From contig JAJRTR010000038.1 in the NCBI GenBank assembly GCA_024278215.1, positions 1 through 63,333 on the forward strand: 63,333 nt of DNA. Direction: 5' to 3'. This document shows, piece by piece, positions 39,182-48,904 of this stretch (within the stretch, counting starts at the first letter, position 1; every line of letters begins with the position of its first letter). The notes under the pieces are model-generated. The model was given only the letters and a program-made list of their open reading frames with translations. It had not been told where the DNA came from and did not search any database. The translations under genes were made by a program, and so were the position numbers. Source of the DNA: a bacterium. GTDB taxonomy: Bacteria > UBP15 > UBA6099 > JAJRTR01.

Positions 39182-39272
39182 TAACGCAGTTTATAATTAT
39201 AGGGGCGATCCCTCTTATGTCAATATTTTCTTGATTTCTTCATCATCACTCCCGGAACTACACTTCTTTTAC

Positions 39273-39342
39273 CGCCGCTGCAACGCAGTAGAATAGACGT
39301 TATCGCGATTTTCTGGCCCGCATTGATGAAATATGCGGATTA
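39273..39342 (-). repeat. Family 2 partial copy
   Basis: Reverse complement matches 62975-63010 (AAAATCGCGATAACG...TTCTACTGCGTTGC) plus the terminal hairpin. Confidence 0.7.
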
Positions 39343-39511
39343 ACGATAAAAATGACTCGGATTATGTTATTGTCAAACCCGGTTCGAAACAAAACCTACA
39401 GATTCTGTGATAGAGTCTTCATTTCCAACACGTTGCCGGTTAGAATTGGTATCAACAAAACTCAAGAGTCGTAATCCGCTTTTTAGAGAAAGAAGCACTG
39501 GAGGGAAAATA

Positions 39512-41785
39512 ATGTTCAAAAGATCAGCCGGCCTGTTTGTTGCTTTTATTGTAGTCGCGGTTGTTTCTGTTTCTGTCGCGGTTCTGCCCGCTGTGGCGGC
39601 GCAGGTGCCGTCGGATGTGGCGCGTATGAAACCATTCCGCAGCGGACTCGGTGTACGCATCGAGAACTGGCGCGCGAAAAAGGGCGAGCACCCGCAGGCG
39701 CTGAAGCCCGGCTTCGACGACTCGGGCTGGAGGCCGGTGGCGGTGGGCCGGAGTTGGAAGGGGACGAGCACTTGCTGGTTCCGCACTGAATTCACTGTGC
39801 CGGAAGCTGAAGCGGGCAAGGCGTTGTTTATCGAAGTCGGCGTGGACGATGCCGGAATTGTATATGCGGACGGCGAGCAGCTTATGCAGTTCAACGGATT
39901 CGGGAGCGCGCTGCTGACGAAGTCGGCTGAAGCAGGTCGGACTTATACGCTGGCGATACGCGCTATGAACATGGGCGGCGTGGGAGCACTCACTGTCGCG
40001 TCGTACAGGGCGCTGGCGTCGGAAAAACTCATCTCCATCGAAAACGCCCTCGCCGGACTCGACAGCTTGCGCAGCATAGATACCGTAAAAATCGATGACT
40101 GGATTTTTAATTCCTCCGGCGGCAAGTCCAACGCGAAACCACACGTCGAAACGGACGACTGGCAGAAGATTTTCCTTCCACACAAGATTCCAGGGCAGAA
40201 GGCTTTCGGGTGGTATCGCACTGAATATACGATTCCTGAAACGGTAAACGGTTTCGAGTATTACGACAAACCCGCATACCTGGACATAAGCGTCAGGACG
40301 ACCGGTGTCCTGTACGTCAACGGAAAGAAGATAAAAAGTTTCAAAGAAGATCTGAAACTTAACATTAAGAACAAGTTGAAACCCGGTGAAAAAGTAGTTC
40401 TGGCTGTTAAGGTGACGGACCTGAGCAGCCGGGGAGGCCTGCGGAGCGCTGTGCTCAGGGCATCAAAATTGGGGCCTGTCGTCGAGCTTGCAGACAAACT
40501 CACCGAAAAACTTAAAAGGGCGAAACTCCTTATCGAGCAACACCCCGAACCGCCGTCCGAAATACTCGACGCGGTTGATGAAATTGCCGGAGGACTCACG
40601 TCACTCGACGGCAAAACCGACGCGAAACAGGTAATGGCCGCCCTTAATGTCATGCTCCGTTCCGTCGAGCCTCTGGAAGGCTATCTGGCGCAATACCCGA
40701 TCTTCCACCAGGGACCCTACCTCCAGAACTCGAAGCCCGACGGCATGACGATAATGTGGGAGACACTTGTGCCTGCGAGGGCGGCTGTCTACTACGGCAA
40801 AGACGGTCTGACGAATGTCGTCGAGGACAACGAACTCAAGACAGTACACGAAATAGTTATCACCGGCCTCGAGCCGGAAACCGAGTACAAATATATGGCA
40901 GTGTCCAACAAACTGGCGGCCCCGCAGAGTACGTTCAAAACGTCGATCAAGCGCGACACGCCGTTTGTATTCGCTGTCTGGGGCGACAACCGCACGGATT
41001 CGAAATCACACGAAAGTGTTATCGACGTGATGATCCCGTACCACCCCGCCATCGCTCTTAACGTCGGCGACGTGGTCACTTCCGGCAGCAGCTACAGCCA
41101 GTGGAGCAAGGAATACTTCCTGCCCATGCGACGCCTCGCCATCGACACTCCCACATATATCGCCATCGGCAACCACGAGTACGGCGGCTACGGCTACGGC
41201 AATCGCGTGCTGTGGTTCGAGCAGTTTGTGTCGCATCCCGAGCCGAACGATTATTACTATTCGTTCACTTACGGCAACAGCTTTTTCATGATTCTGAACC
41301 CACAGGATGAACCCGGGGCGCATAACGTGCGCAAGGGAACGGAGCAGTATGACTGGATGATAAAGCAATTCGAGTCTGAAGCATATAAGAACGCGGCGTT
41401 CAAGTTTATATTTTTCCACGAGCCGCCCTATTCCGAGTGCTGGTCGGGCGGCTACTATGACGGCGAGCCTGCAATCCGGGCAAATCTTGTGCCGCTGTTC
41501 GAGAAGTACAAGGCAGACATTATTTTCTCAGGCCACACGCACGACTACGAGCGCGGCCAGTGGCCCATACCCGGCGGCCCCTACTATATCATCACCGGCG
41601 GCGGCGGCTCGTCGCTCGACAACACCAAGTACAAAGAGTGGGAGCAGATACAGTACTATGCTTTTAAATACCACTTTATAAATGTGACAATTGACGGCGA
41701 CCACCTGTCGTTCGAGGCTATCGACCGCAACGGGAAGGTATTCGACAGTTTCGAGATGACGAGCAAGCTAACGACAAACCGTTAG
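39512..41785 (+). CDS. Secreted purple-acid-phosphatase-like metallophosphoesterase with two N-terminal galactose-binding-like domains
   Basis: Signal peptide; FDDSGW, WFRTEF and WYRTEY; GPYLQ, GDNR, GDVV, GNHE, HEP, SGHTH. Confidence 0.85.
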   Translation: MFKRSAGLFVAFIVVAVVSVSVAVLPAVAAQVPSDVARMKPFRSGLGVRIENWRAKKGEHPQALKPGFDDSGWRPVAVGRSWKGTSTCWFRTEFTVPEAEAGKALFIEVGVDDAGIVYADGEQLMQFNGFGSALLTKSAEAGRTYTLAIRAMNMGGVGALTVASYRALASEKLISIENALAGLDSLRSIDTVKIDDWIFNSSGGKSNAKPHVETDDWQKIFLPHKIPGQKAFGWYRTEYTIPETVNGFEYYDKPAYLDISVRTTGVLYVNGKKIKSFKEDLKLNIKNKLKPGEKVVLAVKVTDLSSRGGLRSAVLRASKLGPVVELADKLTEKLKRAKLLIEQHPEPPSEILDAVDEIAGGLTSLDGKTDAKQVMAALNVMLRSVEPLEGYLAQYPIFHQGPYLQNSKPDGMTIMWETLVPARAAVYYGKDGLTNVVEDNELKTVHEIVITGLEPETEYKYMAVSNKLAAPQSTFKTSIKRDTPFVFAVWGDNRTDSKSHESVIDVMIPYHPAIALNVGDVVTSGSSYSQWSKEYFLPMRRLAIDTPTYIAIGNHEYGGYGYGNRVLWFEQFVSHPEPNDYYYSFTYGNSFFMILNPQDEPGAHNVRKGTEQYDWMIKQFESEAYKNAAFKFIFFHEPPYSECWSGGYYDGEPAIRANLVPLFEKYKADIIFSGHTHDYERGQWPIPGGPYYIITGGGGSSLDNTKYKEWEQIQYYAFKYHFINVTIDGDHLSFEAIDRNGKVFDSFEMTSKLTTNR

Positions 41786-41836
41786 TCTCTTTATTTCGCC
41801 GTAAGCGACTGGATGTTGTCTCCAATAATATTATGA

Positions 41837-41889
41837 TGGAAGCCGGCGCTTCCAGTTTCATGCGCTCCAAAGGTGGCCCCTGGGAACGC
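41837..41889. repeat. Family 4 REP-like double hairpin
   Basis: TGGAAGCCGGCGCTTCCA...CCCTGGGAACGC. Confidence 0.6.
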
Positions 41890-41891
41890 AC

Positions 41892-41922
41892 AAAAAAACC
41901 GACCGGTTTTCTGGCCGGTCGG
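41892..41922 (-). terminator. Intrinsic terminator of the S8 protease gene
   Basis: CCGACCGG stem plus U7 on the minus strand. Confidence 0.75.
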
Positions 41923-41991
41923 CAGATAATTTTATGTGAGCTCTATTCCGTTGGAATCGAGATGTGTATATGTATATGTAATATATCCGTC

Positions 41992-44523
41992 CTACTTCTT
42001 GAATCTCAATCTTGAAGGATTCGCAACACGCGAAGCGCTTGATATCGTAGCTTTCGAGACAGAGAAATTGATGCTCTTCGTAAATGTCTGCCCCGTGACG
42101 GATACCGCGTCGGGATCGCTTATCAGCGGATATAGGCCGCAGTAGTCCTGGTCCTGATCGCAGATATAATCGTCGTTGTTGCAGTCTGTTCCGGCCACGA
42201 CATAGTGCGAACCTGCGGGAATCTCGAAGACGGAGTAGTCGCCGCCCGAGATCGAAACCTCGTCTTCCGCTGAAGCATAGCAAGTGTCTTCAGTGCACTC
42301 GTTTTCATCGAAAGTCATAATATAAATAGTTGTGTTGGTGCAATCTGAAGGAGGCGTGGGTGCGGGCGCGTCGACCTGCATAGTGATCGCGATAGTGGCG
42401 GTGCCGCCGGTGGATTCAATGCCGATACTACCCGTGTATGATCCTGCGGCAAGACCTGTACGGTCGACTGTCAGAGTCAGAGTTATCTTGTCCGTGTCTG
42501 TTTCGGTGGAGGTCGACAACCAGTTGCCGCCGCTGTTTTCTGTGTCGAACACACTTGTGAGCGAGAGGGTTCCCGAACCTGTGTTGGTGATGATGACGGT
42601 TTTGCTCGTTTCTGTGTATGCGAAACTGACATCGGTAGATGATAGCGCGATGACCGGCGTGGTGGGCTCTGTCGGAGTCTCCACGAGCTTCTTCGCTTCG
42701 AGAACCGCCTTGTAGGCGTTGATGAGACCCGCGCCGAACACATCGTCGGTGCCGGATTCGCCGAGGTCGGTGGCCGTCTGTGTCATTATCGTTACTATCT
42801 CGGAAGGGGTTATCGCCGGGTTTGCCGCTATCATGAGGGCTGCAAGCCCTGTGGCGTGCGGCGTGGCCATCGATGTTCCCTGCATGGTACCGTAATCTGT
42901 ATCAGAGTTCGTAGCATCGTTTCGAACTGTACTGAGAATACCGTTATCCATGTCTGAATACTGTTCGCCGCCGGGAGCGACAAGCGTGAGTTCCGAACCT
43001 GTATTCGAATAGTACGCGTGATTCATATCCTTTCCCACAGCCCCCACAGCCACAATGTTATTGCAAAGGGCTAAAGGATTAAGATGTCCGTTTCCGCCTT
43101 CATCATACTCGTTGCCGGCCGCTACGAAAATAGCGACACCGGCGTTGAAAGCAGTGTCATAGACATCCTGCCATGACGAAGGACAGGTGCCCGGAGGGTT
43201 CGAACCGAGGCTGATGTTTATAACTCTGGCTTTTTCCGCCGGAACCGTGCCCGAATCGTTGGTCTGGCCTGCCGCGTAAAGTATCGCCTGGAGTATTCCG
43301 TAATCGTCGCTGCCGACACGCACCGGCATGATCTTTACATTCCAGTTCACACCTGCGACACCGATGCCGTTATTCGTCTCAGCGCCGATCGTGCCCGCTA
43401 CATGTGTGCCGTGATAATGCGAAAAATTAGCCGGGGAGACCGGGCCGCTCGCGCATCGCGAGTCAGATACATCCTCGGGATTGCTGTCGAATCCGTCGCC
43501 GTCGCAGCTTTCTTCCGCCGCCGCGAAGTCGTAGCCCGCCGTCAAGTTTCCGTCAAGGTCTGCATGTCCGGACACGATGCCCGAATCGACCACGGCGACG
43601 ACAACATCCGCGCTTCCCGTCGTGATGTCCCACGCCTGCGGGAGATTCATCATCGGATATTGCCACTGGCGGCTGTAGTATGTGTCGTTGGGAACGGTGG
43701 ACATGTGGCTCCTGATTCCGTTCAGTTCCGCATATTTCACTTCCGCGGCGTTATTGAGTTCTATACATTTTTCGACGGTACGCGCCGCAGCCGTTTCGTT
43801 GTCAAGGCCATCGACATCAAGGACGACAAGGGCCATCCCGCCCGGGCTCTGTTTCTTCACCGCGAGGCTGCGTGCTGCCGCGAAATCCGCGACCGGGCCT
43901 CCCGATTTAAGTTTCATTATCAGTTCGCCTGACTTGAAATTTTCCGTATCACACGCCTGCGGGACAGGCGCCCTGTTGCTGAACCGCACTTCACGCGACA
44001 GATCGCGCAAAGACGGCGCCGCTATCTTCAGCGGACTCGAGAGCGTATTGCCCGAAGAGGTCGGACCCTGCGCCGCCGCAAGACGCGACGAAGATGCCGT
44101 CACCGAGACCGATCCCTTTACCGCGCCCTCTGTCGCGCTTGCTCCGAAGCAGGTTATCTTCATCGTCGAGTTTACCTGCCCGCCGCGCCGGTCATTTACA
44201 TTTACTGTTATCTCATATTCACCTGTCTTGGTCGTTGAAAATGTATATTGCGTATCGGAAACCTTCACGAGTGTTCCGCCCGTGTTGCTCCATGTATAAT
44301 ATAATGTATCATTGTCCGGGTCGCTCGCGCTGACGGTGATTGTCGTTTGTTCGCCGTCTGATAATACAGCTGTTTTCGACGCGCTGAAGTTTGAGATTGC
44401 AGGCGTATTGTTCGGTGCAGTCGCCGCCGGCACGCCGCCGCTGCCTCCTCCTCCTCCGCATCCCGCAGACCACACTAATCCTGCACACACCAGACCTCCG
44501 ATAATACTTTTGAATCCCTTCAT
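41992..44523 (-). CDS. Subtilisin-like S8 serine protease lipoprotein with Ig-like/BACON domains
   Basis: Lipobox SAGC; VVDSG, HGTHVAG, AAGN, GTSMATPH. Confidence 0.92.
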   Translation of the reverse strand: MKGFKSIIGGLVCAGLVWSAGCGGGGGSGGVPAATAPNNTPAISNFSASKTAVLSDGEQTTITVSASDPDNDTLYYTWSNTGGTLVKVSDTQYTFSTTKTGEYEITVNVNDRRGGQVNSTMKITCFGASATEGAVKGSVSVTASSSRLAAAQGPTSSGNTLSSPLKIAAPSLRDLSREVRFSNRAPVPQACDTENFKSGELIMKLKSGGPVADFAAARSLAVKKQSPGGMALVVLDVDGLDNETAAARTVEKCIELNNAAEVKYAELNGIRSHMSTVPNDTYYSRQWQYPMMNLPQAWDITTGSADVVVAVVDSGIVSGHADLDGNLTAGYDFAAAEESCDGDGFDSNPEDVSDSRCASGPVSPANFSHYHGTHVAGTIGAETNNGIGVAGVNWNVKIMPVRVGSDDYGILQAILYAAGQTNDSGTVPAEKARVINISLGSNPPGTCPSSWQDVYDTAFNAGVAIFVAAGNEYDEGGNGHLNPLALCNNIVAVGAVGKDMNHAYYSNTGSELTLVAPGGEQYSDMDNGILSTVRNDATNSDTDYGTMQGTSMATPHATGLAALMIAANPAITPSEIVTIMTQTATDLGESGTDDVFGAGLINAYKAVLEAKKLVETPTEPTTPVIALSSTDVSFAYTETSKTVIITNTGSGTLSLTSVFDTENSGGNWLSTSTETDTDKITLTLTVDRTGLAAGSYTGSIGIESTGGTATIAITMQVDAPAPTPPSDCTNTTIYIMTFDENECTEDTCYASAEDEVSISGGDYSVFEIPAGSHYVVAGTDCNNDDYICDQDQDYCGLYPLISDPDAVSVTGQTFTKSINFSVSKATISSASRVANPSRLRFKK

Positions 44524-44694
44524 TCACACACTCCCCTTTTATGAATTTGACTGTAGCTACGGTATCATACTTGCATCAACTACGCATGTAAAGCTCTGTT
44601 TATTGCCGATCTCTTGATTTTCTTTCTATGATATATATCACAGTTCAGGTCCTTTAGCCCGGATTTCTTTGTGAGAAATGCAGATTACGTCCGC

Positions 44695-46161
44695 TTACGG
44701 CACGTGCTTGCTGGAGATGAAATAGCGGAGGTTGTAGAAGAAAAAGGGGTCGCGCTCTTTCAGGGCGTTGATAAAAAGAAGCAGGTTATTGATAGCGAAA
44801 GAAGTGGGCCAGTGCCGGTAGAGCTTTTTCCTGATAAGAAAAGCTATCCATTTTCGCGGCAGCAACAAGATTGAAGAAAAGAAAACAGCGAAATGGGGGA
44901 TAGCCGGGTCGGGAGGCGAAGCGCCGCCGCCGCTGTAACGGTGTCCGCCCTGTCCGCGCTCGATATTCCGCCTGTCTTCTTCCGAAATGCAGCCTCGTTC
45001 GCGTGCGATCTGCACAATCTCGGTGCCGGGATAATATGTGAGCCAGAAAGTGAGCAGGCGGTCGGGGCGCAGATCGTTGTAGAATGAAGCGGCCCTGCTG
45101 AGAATCGCCTCGTTGTCGCCGGGTATGCCGATGATGTGATCGACAGAAACTTGTATGCCGCGCTTCTTGAGCATCTCGACGGTTTTTCGAGCGCGGTCAT
45201 TCCGGTATCGTCGGTTGAGCACCTCGCGGCGCTGTTTTTCGTCTACCGACTGGATGCCTATTGTAACATAAACGCAACCGCTCTCTTTTATCAGGTCCGC
45301 GCTTTCCTCCGAAAGGGCGTTAGGGTGTGTGTAGCAGAAGTAGGGCAGGCCGACACGCTCGCGGTAACCACAGGTGAATTCCTCCAGCCATTTCTTTTGG
45401 AGAGTGAAAACATCGTCGCGGAAAACTATCATTCGGGCACGTCCCCGAGCGGCGACCGGCTCGAGTTCGTCGAGCACATTGCCGGGACTGCGGCGGCGGA
45501 TAAGTTTTGTGCCGGGCGGGAAGTAGTGCGACAGGCTTTTGTAGCAGTAGGTGCAGTTGTACGGGCAGCCGCGCGCACTCATAATCATGTAGTGGCGCTC
45601 GAGCGCGGGGACTTTATCGTAGAAAAGTTCTTTTGCCGGGAAGGGCAGTGTATCCAGATCTTCCACAGGCGGCGGCGGAGCGCCTTTGAAGATCGCACCG
45701 TCATCTCTGAGCCATACGCCGTCTATTCTGCCGGGCCGGCCCGCCTCCCACTCAGCGAGCAGCGCCGGGAACGATGTGTCTGCTTCGCCGACTGCAATTG
45801 CGTCGATACAGTCCTCGGCAACCACATGATCGGGCACTGCGCTAACATGCACACCGCCGAAAACGGTTTTGATTTCGGGCATTCTTTTTTTTATCTCGCG
45901 GGCGATTTCCAGCGACCAGAGATAACTGCCACTGAAACATGAGAAAGCGGCGACATCCGGTTTTTCTCTGATAATTCTTTCGATAATCTTCGGGCGCAGG
46001 TCGAAATGTTTCGCAAGAGAAGGGATGTCCCACATGAGGTGACCGCCGAAAATGCAGGGGTCGAAAGCGAGCTCGACCCGGTGCCCCGCCGCGCGCACCT
46101 CTGCCGCGAGGTACTCCACCCCGAGGTTCTCCGTTCCCATGTAGATAAAAAGGACTTTCAT
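44695..46161 (-). CDS. B12-binding radical SAM protein
   Basis: GGVHVS, GEAD, RGCPYNCTYC, GIQS, YYPGT. Confidence 0.9.
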   Translation of the reverse strand: MKVLFIYMGTENLGVEYLAAEVRAAGHRVELAFDPCIFGGHLMWDIPSLAKHFDLRPKIIERIIREKPDVAAFSCFSGSYLWSLEIAREIKKRMPEIKTVFGGVHVSAVPDHVVAEDCIDAIAVGEADTSFPALLAEWEAGRPGRIDGVWLRDDGAIFKGAPPPPVEDLDTLPFPAKELFYDKVPALERHYMIMSARGCPYNCTYCYKSLSHYFPPGTKLIRRRSPGNVLDELEPVAARGRARMIVFRDDVFTLQKKWLEEFTCGYRERVGLPYFCYTHPNALSEESADLIKESGCVYVTIGIQSVDEKQRREVLNRRYRNDRARKTVEMLKKRGIQVSVDHIIGIPGDNEAILSRAASFYNDLRPDRLLTFWLTYYPGTEIVQIARERGCISEEDRRNIERGQGGHRYSGGGASPPDPAIPHFAVFFSSILLLPRKWIAFLIRKKLYRHWPTSFAINNLLLFINALKERDPFFFYNLRYFISSKHVP

Positions 46162-46203
46162 AACTGTTACTAACTATATCAGGGTGCAGGCTTTTGTTCT
46201 ATG

Positions 46204-46285
46204 GAGCCGATTGCAAAATTATTTTTGTAACGAGACCGGGACAATTGCAGCCGGGTGCAGCAGAACATAATTTTGTAATTGGCTC
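46204..46285 (+). repeat. MITE family 1 internal-deletion derivative
   Basis: GAGCCGATTGCAAAATT...AATTTTGTAATTGGCTC. Confidence 0.75.
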
Positions 46286-46346
46286 TTTCGTCTTTTCATC
46301 GTTGACACGACACTATTGGACTACAGGAGAATAGGTGCCGGAATAT

Positions 46347-46376
46347 AAAAAGGGACCGCTTTTGCGGCCCCTTTTT
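46347..46376. terminator. Bidirectional intrinsic terminator
   Basis: AAAAAGGGACCGC-TTTT-GCGGCCCCTTTTT. Confidence 0.75.
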
Positions 46377-46421
46377 GTTCTTGTCTTTTGCTTCTTTATA
46401 TCTTAATTTACGTTCGCGAAA

Positions 46422-47525
46422 TTACTTCACAGCAAAGTAGGTGTCTTCCGTGAAGTGTGTGGTGGTGACACGTGTGTTGTCGTATACGGTACCGTCGATG
46501 GGATCCGGGAAATTGGTGATCGTGGCGCCGAGGGAAATAAACTGGTACAGTCCGCTGTCGTTGATTCCGACAGCTTCCCGACTCACTCTGAAAATCAGAT
46601 GGTTTCTCTTGTTGACACATACAACTGCTGTGTCGTCCTGCGTGAACTCTCCGCCTTGCTGGTAGCCGTAGAAGCAGGGTTTGACCATGCCGCCGGCCAT
46701 CTCGGCGAGTGGCGCGTGTACGAGAACTCCACCGGCATCCAGCAACTGTTCGATATCCGTGCCGCTCCCGACTTTGTCTTCGTCAATAATAACACCGACA
46801 TAAGCGTGAAGATCGGTCGGATTCATTGTTCCCTGTGAAATCTTGCCCTGGACAGCTATGTCGATGTAGAAGTAATTTTCATCATATCCGATGCGGTGGT
46901 CCAGAATATCGAAGTCGTCCGGGATTTCGTCTTCCTCGTCGTCGATAGGTTCTTCGTCCACGGCCATTCTGATCATGCAGCCCCGGGGCATTATGTCTTC
47001 ACATGCGCTCAGGTCGTCGCCCGAGTTCACACAGTCGCTCTTGCCATAATCGTTATTGAATTTTTCTCCGTCCAGCACTTCGCCTTCCATGAGCATGCAC
47101 GGTACGGTTGTGTACACGTTCTCGGACGAGTCGATAGCATGTACGAGATAGATAACTTCCGTGCCGCTGTCGAAGGCGGGAAACTCTCCATACCACACTT
47201 TATCATCATCTGTTTCAAGTTCGATCTGTTCCCATGTTTCCCCGAAGTCAGTCGAGTACATAACGTAAACAGTTGAAGTTTCATCTGAAGTTATATCCTT
47301 CGGGTTGTAAATTTCCACCTCGATATTGGTGGGTTCACCGGCAACAGGCTCTTCCGGGTCCAGCGTGATGCTGTGGAGTTCCGGCGGGAATCTTGTGGCG
47401 ATCAGGTCTTCGACCCTGTCCTGCAGGTCGCCGGGCAACATGCTGAGGTCAACGGCTCTTGCCGTGGTTCCAGCCCCCACCAGAACAAAAAGTGCAACTA
47501 ATAGTACTGACAGCATTCTACGCAT
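46422..47525 (-). CDS. Secreted acidic hypothetical protein
   Basis: Signal peptide; Asp/Glu-rich with several Cys. Confidence 0.8.
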   Translation of the reverse strand: MRRMLSVLLVALFVLVGAGTTARAVDLSMLPGDLQDRVEDLIATRFPPELHSITLDPEEPVAGEPTNIEVEIYNPKDITSDETSTVYVMYSTDFGETWEQIELETDDDKVWYGEFPAFDSGTEVIYLVHAIDSSENVYTTVPCMLMEGEVLDGEKFNNDYGKSDCVNSGDDLSACEDIMPRGCMIRMAVDEEPIDDEEDEIPDDFDILDHRIGYDENYFYIDIAVQGKISQGTMNPTDLHAYVGVIIDEDKVGSGTDIEQLLDAGGVLVHAPLAEMAGGMVKPCFYGYQQGGEFTQDDTAVVCVNKRNHLIFRVSREAVGINDSGLYQFISLGATITNFPDPIDGTVYDNTRVTTTHFTEDTYFAVK

Positions 47526-47623
47526 ACTTCTCTTCCTCCTTCAAGATTTTTTCGCATCCAATTATATAAAATTATGGCAAAAAGTAAAGCCGCCTTACAC
47601 ATAAACCGCATTTTGCAATCGGC

Positions 47624-48727
47624 TCATAAATTTTTGATTCCCGATTCCACTTTCATGTCGCGTTTTGCGAGTTCGACAAGGAAAAGTTCGACAGGAACGC
47701 AGACTTCCGGCGCGACCACGCCACGTGCTTCGATCTGTTTTCCGGCAAGCAGCAATGTTCCGATGGAAGCCGGAATGCCTGTGAGCCGGTTCATGTTATC
47801 GACACACGTACCCGTATACATCACTTTTCTGCCGTCCTTTTCGCCGAGCACTCTCACGTGAATACCTGAAATCGGCCTGTGTTTGCTCTTGAACAGTGCG
47901 GGGCCGACAGCATGGAAGAAGTCTGCGCCCCAATTGCGTTTTTTGGGCGTGTTGGTCAGTCCCAGGGCCGCGAGCGCCTTTGCCATGGGGTTCACCCATT
48001 CAGGTGTGCAGGCACCCTTGAGCGTAACGACATCCAGTCCGGGAATGAAATGAGGAATAGTAACAGGTTCGGGATGCCCGAGGTGGTAGACGCTGATTTT
48101 GCCTATGGGTTCGGGAAACTCGACTCTCTCACGACCACTGCCCGCTGGTATTTTTGTCCAGCGCCCACCCTTGAAAGTGGGCACTTCGCCGGTAAAAATG
48201 TGGAGCGTATGCTTGATAACGGCGATACCCTCCGAGTCGTCCGCGCCGCCGGCCCAGGCCACATGCACCTCGCTTGCTTTGTCCATGCTTTCGATGCCCT
48301 GCCGCACCAGCACGTTGGACAATCCGGGCGTCCAGCCCATTCCACACAGGACAGCGATCCCTGCGTTTTTCGCCTGCTTATCCAGCGACAGAGCTTTCTC
48401 GACCGCGTCGTAATCGTCGCAGATGCTCACATAAGACCGCCGTGCGTCGATCGCCGCACGGATCATCTTCTCTTCATAAGTGTAGAACGGCCCGATGCAA
48501 CTGAGGGAAACGTCGGACTGCTTCATTATTTCCACAATCGCATCATGGTCGTTCGCGTCGCAGAAGGCGGCTTCCACACGGTCGTCCTCCAGCTCGGACA
48601 CCAGTTTGCGCGCGGCGGTTTTGTTGTAATCGGCTACAATAAGGTGTTCAACATTATCTGCCTTGACGAGGTCTCTGACCGCCTCGCTACCCATGTCGCC
48701 GGCACCGCCGAATACCGTTATTCTCAC
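47624..48727 (-). CDS. Saccharopine dehydrogenase-like oxidoreductase
   Basis: GGAGDMG, CIGPFY, GMGWTPGLSN, HPEP. Confidence 0.88.
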   Translation of the reverse strand: MRITVFGGAGDMGSEAVRDLVKADNVEHLIVADYNKTAARKLVSELEDDRVEAAFCDANDHDAIVEIMKQSDVSLSCIGPFYTYEEKMIRAAIDARRSYVSICDDYDAVEKALSLDKQAKNAGIAVLCGMGWTPGLSNVLVRQGIESMDKASEVHVAWAGGADDSEGIAVIKHTLHIFTGEVPTFKGGRWTKIPAGSGRERVEFPEPIGKISVYHLGHPEPVTIPHFIPGLDVVTLKGACTPEWVNPMAKALAALGLTNTPKKRNWGADFFHAVGPALFKSKHRPISGIHVRVLGEKDGRKVMYTGTCVDNMNRLTGIPASIGTLLLAGKQIEARGVVAPEVCVPVELFLVELAKRDMKVESGIKNL

Positions 48728-48780
48728 CGTTCATCACTCCAATCTCATCTGGACTCAATAAAACACTGTTGACACCCTGT

Positions 48781-48810
48781 GAGCCGATCATAAAATTCTA
48801 CAATCAGCTC
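48781..48810. repeat. MITE family 1 miniature derivative
   Basis: GAGCCGATCATAAAATT...CAATCAGCTC. Confidence 0.5.
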
Positions 48811-48904
48811 CTTGCATATATCCTATCACAATTCCACAGAGATAAATAAATATTTTTGAAATAATGCGATATATTTTCCTCGCATCGAGGGGCGGTTCGG
48901 GAAG

